NCBI RefSeq assembly: GCF_000281045.1
Contig: NW_008246077.1
Coordinates: 44,176-108,175 of the forward strand
Reading direction: 5' to 3'
DNA length: 64,000 nucleotides
Origin: Saprolegnia diclina VS20
Lineage: Eukaryota
This document shows positions 25,201 through 36,382 of the stretch, piece by piece. The first letter of the stretch is position 1, and each line of letters starts with the position of its first letter. Under the pieces are notes generated by a model, which was not told where the DNA came from, searched no databases, and was given only the letters and a program-made list of their open reading frames with translations. A program made the translations under genes and the position numbers.

Positions 25201-26519
25201 CGTCTCGGCGTGGTACATTTCAATGTCCCAGGCCATGAAGCTCGACTGGAGAAACTTGACGGTCGTGAGTGACACGTACAGCGAGATCGGAATGACTTGG
25301 TAGAGCAGGAGAAAGTAGTAGAAAAGCATTGTGAACCACGCTGTGACCACATCGCCGGTCGTCACGAGCACGACTTTGTCGACCGTGGTGGTGCCGTGGA
25401 GGTACCACGCTTCCTTGGCAATTTCGTTCTGCCACGTCACGAAGACCGTCGCCGCGATGGCGCACAAAACGATGAGGCCGATGCAGAGAATGCCGATCAT
25501 TTTGTTCAGCGTGAGCATGACATCGCTCCACTTGTTGGGCGGCGACGACGCGCTTTGCATGATCTTGGTGTCGCTGCCCGTGTTGAGCACGACGCCGTAG
25601 ACCCAGTCCGTGTTGCGGAGCGTGCAGCCACGAAGCAACACGTTCTTGATGCTCAGAGGCTCGTTCGGGAACGTCTGGCCAGCCACCCACACGTCAATGT
25701 TCCCCGCAAACTTGTTGATGAACGGGTTTGGCGTCTCGCAGCTCACACTGCCCTTGAGCTTGTCGAGATCTTGCGCCTCACGCATAACGCCCATCGTCGC
25801 TGGCAGCGCCTGGCGCAGCTTTAGGTTCGTCTCGCCGTCAAGCGACTTGGTCTCCACATAGCAAATACCACTCGGCACGGCGGGGTCGGGCTCGGCCACC
25901 GAGAGAATGAGCACGTCAGCAGGAATGACTTCGCGGTTGCGAATCTCCAAGACATCGCCCACCTATACAAGACTGATGTAACCGGGCTTGCGTCGTAGTA
26001 GCGTCGTACCTGCACTTGCGACCACAGACGATCGACGATGACGTTATCGACAAGGACATGGCAGGTTGCCGAGTTGGCTGCAAAGTCCGAGGCATGGCGG
26101 CGGCGATCTTCCATGATGGCGAAGACAGCGTCAATGCAGATGACGAAGAAGAGCGTCGGTGCGTTCGTGGGCAGGCCATACGTGTTGGAGATCGGCTTGA
26201 TTGTCTGCAGGATCGAGACGACGAGGAAGAAGAGGTTGGCAACCTTGCAAAAGCTCTCAAAGAGAAACTTGGGCAAGAACGAGAAGATGGTGTACTTGGA
26301 CGTCACGACGACGTTGGTGCACGTGGCGTACAGCGCCTTGTTTTGGTCGTTGTCGTTGAGGAAGACACGCCGGACGTCGCCGTCCGCTGCGACGGCGCCC
26401 GATCCCGGCGTCTTCACGCGTCGGTAGAGCTCCTTGGCTTTGCCATCGCCCGAGGACGTACGGCCGGACTCGTCGGCGGCCTCCTTCAGGCTCTTCCGAT
26501 CGTCCCTGGCGCTGCTCAT
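22216..26519 (-). CDS. P4-type ATPase (phospholipid flippase), copy 2
   Basis: [76 protein letters not shown] and C-terminal GYAFSCDE. Confidence 0.95.
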
Positions 26520-26951
26520 GCGCGCTGATGGCAGTCCGCAACTGAGGGGGAAAACCGCTTGGGCCTATATTTATCCCAACGCCATCGCACTTAGGAGGAA
26601 ATACCCGCCATTCGAAACGCTATCCCTCGATTTCGAATACAATTACCAAGTAGAATCGAACATGGCGCATCGCACTTAAGCGAAAAAGAATCGGGAAATC
26701 CAGCCAGCGTGCAATTACACATTGCAGCATACAAAAACCAAGTAGTCACCAAGCGGCATATCCCAGCACAACCCCACAGCAGCGATCGCAAGGACCAGCC
26801 GTTGCAAGAAAGGAATACCCCGCTACAAGCACCTGGCAAGACGGGTTATTCCGTGCCTATCAGCGGTGGAAGCGTAGACTAAGAGAATACCTAATTATCC
26901 GGATCCGCAAGCCCCTCGAATCCTCGGCTGGCAGATTATTCGAAGCGTCCG

Positions 26952-27818
26952 ATGGCCGAGTGGGTGCTCTTCTGGGGCTCGCTCCTCACGGCCTTCGCGC
27001 CCATCAGCGCGCTCTTCCTCCTCGTCGTGGCCCAGCGAGCGCAGCTCGTGATCCTCGCTATCACGGCCGCGTTCTTCTACCTCCTCGGGCTCCTCGTCGC
27101 AGCCACGGTCTGGACGGCGATACCGCCGCTCCAGACCTCGATCCAAGCGACGATTCCCATCTCCATCTTGATCCAAGAGCTCTTCCGCTACCTCTTCTTC
27201 AATGTGTACGTGCGCTGCGAGCTGGCGGTCAAGAAGGTCACGACCAAGCAGAACCAGCTACCGCTAAACGATCTGACAACCGCCTTTGGTACGATCCTCT
27301 TCCCACCATTGATGGCCTGGGTATGCATGACGCGACTGTAGCGTCTGGCGTCGGATTCGCGCTCATGCGAGCACTCATGCTATATGGCACGGTCTTGGCT
27401 GCAAGCGTCCAAGGCGAAGGTGCGGCGTTCACGGACTCGTGCCCGTCCGTGCCGCTTGTGTTTGCGTCCGGTACGAGACGATAGATGAATAGTGGCAACA
27501 CTCATGTCTGCTCAGCGCTGTCGACGCTCGCGCTTACGCTCATGGACGTGGCGCTGATGATCGTCGCGTTTGAAGGGTTCCGCAAAAAGTCGGTTGCGCA
27601 CATTGCTGCCGTCGTGCTCATCCACCTCGGCTCGGGGCTATCGGTTCGCTTCATGCAATACTCTGACATACTCAAGAAGCATGCTGTCCTAGAATATGCT
27701 CAACTTGAATGAGGTCGGCTGCAAAGCGTCGATCCCACTGACGTACGTCGCGACGGCCCTTGCAGTCGCCGCCGCCATGTTGACGCTCAAGCGATCGAGC
27801 ATGGCATCGTTCCCGTAA
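26952..27818 (+). CDS. APH1: Gamma-secretase subunit APH-1 homolog
   Basis: FWGSLLTAFAP, LVILAITAAFFYLLGLL, ILIQELFRY, GxxxG-type (A)SGVGFALM and VLIHLGSG. Multi-TM protein with 3 introns. Confidence 0.82.
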
Positions 27819-28052
27819 AAGGCGCTTATGCACGTGTTGCGTGTAAATATCTTTGTTCTCTGGAATGATCCAAGCCTTACACCCTTGGCTTTCTGCGTTG
27901 TCGCAGGCAGTGTCTCTAGAGACTATGATGAGCCGCTGCGATCGCAACTTAGAACGTGCGTACAACCCTCCGAAAGCGTTAGGTGGGAAGTGTGGTACCC
28001 TCACTAGACTACGTTGCAACCTATTATTATTACTAAAATCCTATTGCGTCTC

Positions 28053-29823
28053 CTATAACTCGCCGTAGCTGCGCTGGAAGAGCGTCGTGTATGTCACGAG
28101 CGGGAAGATGATGACCGTGCCGAGAAGCGCGCCCATTTGTGCGAGGAAACCAGACCACTGGTACGCTGTCTTGGCATAAGCCTCGTTGTAGCGCACCTCG
28201 CGCTTGAGCGTGAGGTACGCCATCGTTTGCGAGTAGGCAAAGAGGAAGACAAACACGCAATTGCCGACGACCGGCGCGATACCGCCAAGCGCGTAGCTCG
28301 AAAAGATTGGGTGGGCGGTCGTAGCCGAGACAGCCATGAGCGCCTACGAGTCGTCATGAGCCATCATTGGTGCCACTGCGGAAACGTACCCCGAGTAGTA
28401 CGGTGAGGGACGTGAGCACCGTGACATTGTACCAGCGGTAAAAACTCGTGAGGAAGCGGGCCAGCGGGTCACAAGCCATTGAGAGAACGGACGACCATTT
28501 CAACACCTCGGCGCTGTTCTACTCTCAGCGCCTTAGTCTTGCTCGAGCGCATGTGCGTGCTGCGTACCGAGTACTTGCTGCCGAGGAAAGGCAGGATTGA
28601 CGGAATGACACCAAAGCTCATGGCGCACAGGACCACTTGGCATAGCAGAGGCTTCCAGAGCTTGGAGACGACGTAGTTGCGGCGCTCGACTGCGGTGGAG
28701 AACTGGTGCTTGGACTGCGGCAGCACGAGTGGCAGCGTCTCGTTCATTTTCATCGCTGGCGACGGAGCGCGCTTGAGGGGCGGGGTAAACTTGTAGTCAA
28801 AGTCGCCACCGTCCTCACGGTACTATTGCAGTGCGGGTGAGACGACTTGGGTATGAAGAGTCTTGTCACACCATCGAGGCTTGAATTTGAGTCGCCCACG
28901 GTGACTTGACGAGGAACACAAAGGCGAGGAGCGCGACGAGAAAGACGACAGCTACGACGCCGAGATGAGCTTCCAGAAGAGGAAGATAGCGTACCGCCAT
29001 AGAAGAAGTAGCCACCGACGGTGATGTGCATGTGCGTGGCGCCAGGATCCTGGATGATGCCGAGAACGCCAGCAATGACACCACTAAGACCTTCGCCCGT
29101 TGACAACGCACTAGGAAGTGCATTGAATGAGTACCGTGACTGCATGTAGGCTGTGCACCTCGTGAAGAGAGGAGGAAACGTGGCAACGAACGGGTAATAG
29201 ACGACGCTCGTCGTGGAGCTCACCATGCCGCCAAAGAAGACGAGGACGAGCAGCGCCGTACTGTGCTCGTGGCCAAAAAAGACGGACGTTTGGTCCCAGA
29301 AAATGGACAAAAGCACTACAAAAAGCGAGGAGTATCAGTGCTACATGCTTCCGACTGCATTTGCGCACCGCAGACAACGATGCCCATCGAGAGTAGACCC
29401 CAAATGGCGGTGCGGATCGAGAAAAGCTGCTGATCGTTGTTGAAGACCATGTAGAGCGCAGGAAAGATGTTGGAGGCCTGGATCGCAACAATCTATGCGA
29501 GCTTAGTAACGAGGATCATGACGCAATTCGATTACCAGGTACGCACTGATAGCAGCCTTCTCTGGTGTGCGCTACGAGACGGCGGGTGATGAGCCATGAC
29601 CATGACTTGGTTGCAGTACTTGGTACAAAGCTGCAATTTCGACAAAGACGCCTACAAGAGAGATGAGCTGACCGCGCTTAGCTTTCGAGAACGTACAGTT
29701 GGACATGATCCACGAGCCCAGACCAAAGAGGATGAAGGCCGCGTAGACGGCAGCGACCTTGTACGGCTCGCGGTACAGCGGCGACGCGGAGGGCGACAGG
29801 AGTGGGCGGGGTGCTGGGTCCAT
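28053..29823 (-). CDS. SLC52-like (riboflavin transporter family) membrane protein
   Basis: LFGLGSWIMSN(C)VFVEI...PEKAAISAYL...IQASNIFP, STTSVVYYPFVA, GEGLSGVIAGVLGIIQ, FGVIPSILPF and WSGFLAQMGALLG. Confidence 0.75.
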
Positions 29824-31007
29824 AGCGATTGGTTCCTGCGTGTGGTAGTTTACGGTGACGCGCAGCTCGTCTGCCATGAGGATTCTTAGGACACGACGAA
29901 TGACAACTGGCCGCGTCGACGCACCTCGCTGCTCGGCCGCGAACTCTTTTGTTCCGTAAGCTGGAGTTTGCTGGGGCGTATCTTGCATGCGATTGGCTAA
30001 CCGTTCACCAATAAAACGCGGGGATAAAAATTATTACCCAATCAGAAGCGCAGTAGCCTTCGAATCATTCGAGCCATGTTGGCGTTGACCACCGAACGCA
30101 TCCTGCTGTTGTGTAATCCACTCAATTGCCTCACGTCTTTCGTTGTCTACTGCAACACGTCAAGTTGGTCGCGCAGGGACGTGGCTCAAAGAACTCTATA
30201 GTACAATGCCTCGTCTCATCGACTACTAAAGAAAACGACGACAGACCCCAGGAGACCCGGTTGGGCCCATGTTGAAGTTGGATTGGGGATCGGGTTGCAC
30301 GTCCTTTCTACGAGGCGGAGCGTCTTTGGAGAAGTCGTAGTAGCTTTATTGCCAAACGATTGGCGCAGAGCTCCAAGCCATGAGATCTTTTTATCTGGTC
30401 TTCCAAGTATCCCGCCGTTGCCCTATATATATACCACGATGTTGCGCATGTCGGGCGTAGGCTGCGTGCTAGAGTTCTTACTGCTTCTTGCGTGAACTGC
30501 ATGCGGACAGATTGATGTCCACACAGAGCTCCTGATAACGATAGCCACACGGCATTTGTGCCGTTGTCGATGTACGTTGCCTTGGCAACTCTTCCGTGGG
30601 GCACGGTATGCACTTTCGCGACCCTTGCGCGATCCACCTCCAGCATCCCAATATCATTTTGTGACGCCACGCATCGAGAAGCACCATGCGAAGGGACTCG
30701 GCGCCATTTACTTTACGTACCGCGTGGACTAGCCCGGTCCCTCCCCACATCATGCAGTGCCCGCAACGGAGTTGACAGTGAATTTACACGTATTTTACCA
30801 CTTGGCTTGTACTGCGCGTTGGCCGACACTTTTGCAGTGCAACTGCGCACCTACTAAGCTTATAATCCGGCTGTGCTGTACCAAATCTGGTGTTTCAGCA
30901 GTAGTAGCCTGTCTGCTATTCGTTTATGTGGAAAAAGGCAAGGTCAAAGAGTGTGTTCTAGTAGTCAAACGCAGCCTTTTTGTTTCGTTGCCTCGTCCGC
31001 TCATCGA

Positions 31008-34000
31008 TTACGCACCCTTGCTGTTATTAGCACCTCGGGCGACTCCCCTTCGCGCCTAGGACACAAACTAGGCGGTGTCGAAACAGGTTGCGACTGTACC
31101 TTCTCGTCCTGACGAAGCTTCTGCAGCCGTTCGAGCCGCTGGCTCAAAATGTCTTGCTGCCTCTTGCGCTCCACGACCTCTGGCAGCTTCTCGTAGAGTC
31201 GCCGACTTCGCGATTTCATCTCGTTGGACGACACACGTGCGCGCTCGCCGTGGCTGAGCCGCTCCAACGTCGGATTGCTCGATGTTGACATCGACTGCGC
31301 AACGCGGTCGGCTTCGGCTTTGGTGCGCCGCTCTGCCAAGGACCGCGCAGACGCTACTTGCTTTATATGCAGGTGCCGTTCGGAAAAGTTAGTACCTGGC
31401 ACGGGTGGCGCTTGGTACTGGACTGTTTCCTTGCGCCGTTGCATGCGCTCAAACAGCTGCGGGTTTCGCAAGCGCAGCTGGTCGGCGATCGACGGTGCGT
31501 TGTCGTCTCGAAGCGACGGCCGACGGCTGATGTTGCTACTACTGCTGGACGACGACGAGTTCAAAAAGTCGATGGCCACTGGTGGCGGAGGAATGTGCAT
31601 CGGCATCGACGGATAGGGCATCGGTGGCAGCAGTGACTGCGCAAAGAGCGACGGCTCGCTTCCAGTATACAACGACGACGAGGACGACGAGGAAGCAAAG
31701 CTGCTATCGTCGAACGATGCATCGAGGCCGTGATGACTAGGAAACGACGTGAGCTGAGGTAGACAAGTCAAGGACAACCTAGAAAATGACGCTAACGGAG
31801 CATCCATGACAGCGTCCTCGGTCCGAAGCACCGACCACGCAGTCACGCGGGGTGCCTCGTCATTACCGTCATCGTTGTGCGAGGACGCGCTCAATTGCGA
31901 CAAATCGATGACGGCGAGATCAACAGGGGCGACTGGTGCCTCAGCCTTCTCTTCCTCATCGCCACTGGCGACCGCAGATGGGGGGCCACCGAGGGGCGCG
32001 ACCAGCCATTGCGAGTATGCGTCATCGTGGGACGTATCGGCGAGGCCAGCGCCGGCGTAAAGATCTGCGGGCAGTGGGTCGTGAAAGGTTGACGGTGCGC
32101 TGGACGTCACTGACGATGACGAGGACGACGAGATGAGTTTCATCGAGCCAAGAAACTCGATCGTGGCGTCGATAGGAACCACCGAGCGCAGTCTTGGTGT
32201 CGACAAAGCGGCGTGTTGCACGGGCGTCTGATCGTTGGCGAGCGACTGCGACGACGCCGACGCACTCGGTAGCCAAGCCGCCGGTTCATCAGAGCTGGCT
32301 CCCAAGGCATCGTGCAGCACGGGTGTCGGATCGTTGGCCAAAGATTCCGACGAAGCCGACGCGCTGGGCATTGAGGCGTGGTGCACGGGCGTCTGGTCGT
32401 TCGACATGGCACTGGACGAACTGCTGGCGATCATGCGGCGACCCCCCAGGAAGTCAAAGTCCGGGGTGTTATCACACTCACTGTCCGAAACGAGTGACGG
32501 CAGCGATGACGCAGGGCTCTTCCTCGGTAAAACTCTGGCGGCCATGGAGGCCTCGCAGTCCGACAAGGACGATGATTCGGACATGAGCATCTCGTTGACC
32601 GAGTGCCGCGGACTTGTACGGCGAGCGACGTCGATTGAGCGGTCGAGACCGTCGGCGATCGTAAGTGGAGTCGGGTGCGCGGTCTGTGGATGCTCGAACA
32701 TGTCGGCGACAGCAAGCTTCGAGTCTCCAGATGCACTTGAAGACGACGAGGAGGAGAGACCAGCCGTCGGTGCAGACCCCTTGGGAACGGCCAAGAACCA
32801 CTGCGAGATCGGTGCCGTGTCAGTCAGCGACGACGACAAAGATACGCTCGACGAGAGGTTTCCAACGCCGACACGGCCGTCGTCAAGTAGGGACTGGGTC
32901 GTGAATCCGGTAGTACGGCCAATTGTCACGGAAGAGCTCACGTCGCTCGTTAGAACCGAGTCGCCGACGGAGGAGAGCGTGTACTGCGGGAGGCTGCTCT
33001 CGCCCATGAGACGCTGCATACGCTGGAGCGTGTTGCTGATCTCGGCATCCAGTTCAACACCAGGCGTTCCGACAAAGCCATCTGAGCTCGACGACGACGA
33101 CGATGACGAGCCGCCGAGAAGGTCCAGAATTCGTTGGCGAGCTTTGGTGGGATTGCTAGTCGGCGTCAACTCTGTACTGCTGCTACTGCTGCTGCTCGAG
33201 CCGAGAAGTTGATGAGATCGTCGCCGCAGGGACTGGCGCAGAAGCGAGCTTGCATCATTCCAGTCCGACGACGACGACGAGACCAAAGACGAGCCAAGGT
33301 CGAAGCATGGTAGCGGCATCTTCACCTCGGAATCTATCTCTTCAAGCAGCATCGGTGCCTACAAAGTTCATATATTAGACAGGGCGCCACAACAGGCAGA
33401 CAATACCTCATTCGGACCGCCGCGTGCGGAAGGCGACTCGGCGGCCGAGTGGTGTGATGTCAGCGACATGTCATGTTCGCAACTACTTGACGACAGCGTC
33501 GAGAAGTGGGACGCAGGTAGTAGCGCCACGTCGTCGTCACCGGAGCTTGCCCGCAGTAGCGACGGCGTGGTGTTGATACCCGACGTTGCCGAGTTGCGCG
33601 AGGCTGTCCATTTGATCGTACTTTGGTGTCGCAGCGACGACACGGACGACTTCGACGACGACGATGCACTGCGATTTTGCTGCTTAGGCAAAAGTAGATC
33701 GTCTAGAGGAGCGTCGCCCTTGGTGGCTGACGCTGTCTGCACGGACGACGTGGACGAGGCAGCGCTGTTCCCGATGCGCCTGCGAGGAATGCGACTGCGC
33801 TGCGTCGAACCAGAAGACACCGAAACCGAGGAGGATGCCGGGGACAGTATGGGTTTGGGAGCTGTCGTGGCACGGACATTGTCCATAAGGAGCGAATCGT
33901 CCGAAGATGAGACCGAGTACCGACGGGCGAGGTCGTCGAGGGATGCCCAGTTGTCGTCGCTGGCGCTACTGACGTCCAGCAGATCGCTGCTCGAGAGATT

Positions 34001-36085
34001 CATCATGATGCTCGATTTTGCTGCGCGTGATGGCAGCTCGCTGCTTGGCGTCAGTTCCGAGATGATGACAGAGCTAACGTCACCAACATCGACGCTGGGT
34101 CCGTCGGCGTGCCTTGGCAGCTCAGACAGACTGCTCACAGCGCTGTTGCTGGACGCTTCCTTGGCCGACTGGAGCGTCGCGTCCGTCGCATCGGGCGTCG
34201 TCGGTTCGTAGGCACGGGTGGCTTGGACGTTGTCTTGGGTCCGCGCACTCGTAGGTCGTACGGCCGATGTATTTGACCCGAAAGACGTCACGACGGGTGT
34301 GGATACGTACGATGAACTGGGCTCGCGGAAGCGCAATACCGGCATCGACCCCTCTGGCGTCGAAACACTCGACGGAAAACGCTGATTCGACGTAGCGCTT
34401 GTCCCTGGCACTCGATGGGTTGGCAAGAACGTCGGCGTAATACTGAGACTCGGCACCGGTGTCGACACTGACGAGGCGCCGGGCGACGGTGCGGGCAATT
34501 GTGCGGGCGACGGTGCGGGCGACTGTGCGGGCGACGCCACCACGATATCTTCTTCGAGCTTCTCGAGGACGACCTGGGGCATGATAGGAGGCGAGAGCAC
34601 CGGCGTCAGCGGCTTGACACACTCATCGACGCCCACAACCACAGTCTTCTGCGGCTCTGGGATTGACTTTGTCTTGGTTGACACTGGCGGTCGCTGTACC
34701 GACAACGGGGCTCGTGGTGGCGACGCCGTCGGCTGCCAAGGCGCTGGGTGATCATACTCGAGTGTCCCTGCTTGTTCCCGTAGCAGCGCCTCTGGGCAGA
34801 CTGATTGTTTCTCAGCTTCGGGACTCGTTGTCAGCGGCGCCGTCACGGTTGTCTCTCGGGACAATTTGTCTGCAACGACACCATCACGCGTCGGGTCCTC
34901 AAGTCGCGGGTAAAAGGCAGCCGCGGGAATGGCAGGCGGACGTCGTCGTCGTGGCGCGGCGCTCCTGGGCGTCGGAAGGGCTTCTTGAGGCACGGGTTGC
35001 TCAAACGGTACATGTGCAGGCACGTCCTGGTTGTCGTTGACTGGGTCGCTGCGGAAGAGTGACTCAAAGGCCCGTTCCCGCAGGACCTCGCCCCCGTCCT
35101 CGGCCTCAGCCTTTGCTGCTAGCGTGTACATAATGTCGTGGCGCTGTGGGTCGTTCTTCATCTGGCGCTCAAGTGACGAAAGCCAGTCAAGGGCGGCGTC
35201 GGCATCGCGCTGGGCCGTCACGATGTCTTGGGCGTTCGTGCCCCGGGCTACGGCCCGTTGCACGTCGACGCTGCGGGCCTCCATTGCGGTATGCTGGCGC
35301 ACGTCTTCGTCGAGCCGCTTTCTGTCGCCCTCGACCCAGCCGTCCATAACGCTTGCGTGGCGGATGTTGTGGCGCTGGACGAGTGGCGCCGACGCATGAA
35401 GTCGGGTCGTATTCAGGTCCGCGGGCAAGGTCACGTACGCTGCTGTCTCCTGGACACGACGCGCCATCCCACCTTTGAGCACTTGGTCGCTGCGCTCGCG
35501 CTCAAGCTTCGTAAGTGCCACCTTCTCGGCGTGTCGGCGCTGACGCTCGGCGATGGCCTGGACCTTGCGCATGTTCTCGCGGATCACACGCTCACGCTCG
35601 TCCCGGATGAGCTGCATCTTCTGTTGCGTCACGAGCGCGCCATTAAAGCGGTCATCCACGATGGCGTCGCTCGCAGCGAGAAGCTCCAGCTGCTGCTTGG
35701 CGCGGATCTGCATGTTGGCGTTGTACTCGTGCGCATGTCGCTGTGCGTCTCCGATCGCAGCGAGGGCAGCCTTGTACTTGTCGTGCAAGTTGGATAGCAC
35801 GAGCAACTTTTCCGTTTCGAATGCTGTGGCCTGCTCTGCCCGCTTGGCCTCGGTGGACTCGGCGGCACGGCGTTTGTACCATGCGTTGCGCTCGCGAGCG
35901 ATGCGCTTTTCTTCCTCGCGTACCTACGTTATGTCTTGGCTACCGATCTCAACTCTTGCGCGAGACTATACCTGAATAAGACGGAGCTTGCGGCGCCGGC
36001 GCGCGTCCTCCTGTCGGAGGTAGCTCTCCTCGCCCGAGCTCAGTGGCACGAACATCGCGCGGCCGTTCGAATTTGCGCAGTCCAT
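31008..36085 (-). CDS. CEP295-like centriolar protein (conserved N-terminal region, long Ser/Pro-rich middle, C-terminal ALMS motif)
   Basis: Exon 1-2 junction reads LSSGEESYLRQEDARRRRKLRLIQ|VREEEKRIARE, followed by ALAAIGDAQR. C-terminus has EMKSRSRRLYEKLPEVVERKRQQ (ALMS motif). Introns near 35925-35972, 33360-33406 and 31057-31099. Confidence 0.75.
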
Positions 36086-36382
36086 CCCATACGGATACCA
36101 TCAAAGCGAAGTTCGAAGATACGGAAAATGCCCTTTTGCAGTAAAAACCGTTGGAGTGCTTGCTTGCACGACGCCCGTTGCGGCTAGGAAACATCAGCAG
36201 ACAATATTGATGTGGGATGCCGGTGACGCTAAGAAATAGTTTGAAAGGACTGACGGAAAGGCCTACTTGATACTCACTGCTTGATACGCTTTAGAGTTTT
36301 TTTAATCAGGATGAGACTTCTTCTTTCCCTATCAGCCAATAGGCGTTGCAGACGAACACCAGTTTGCTTTTCTCGGCGATCG

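Noticed and set aside
30280..30900. Short ORFs between the SLC52-like and CEP295-like genes
   Set aside because: No recognisable motif and weak codon bias. Possibly decayed sequence.
32235..34211. Long plus-strand Asp/Glu-rich ORFs (325 aa, 247 aa)
   Set aside because: Antisense shadows of the Ser-rich CEP295-like exons, where tcg/gtc codons read as gac/cga runs.
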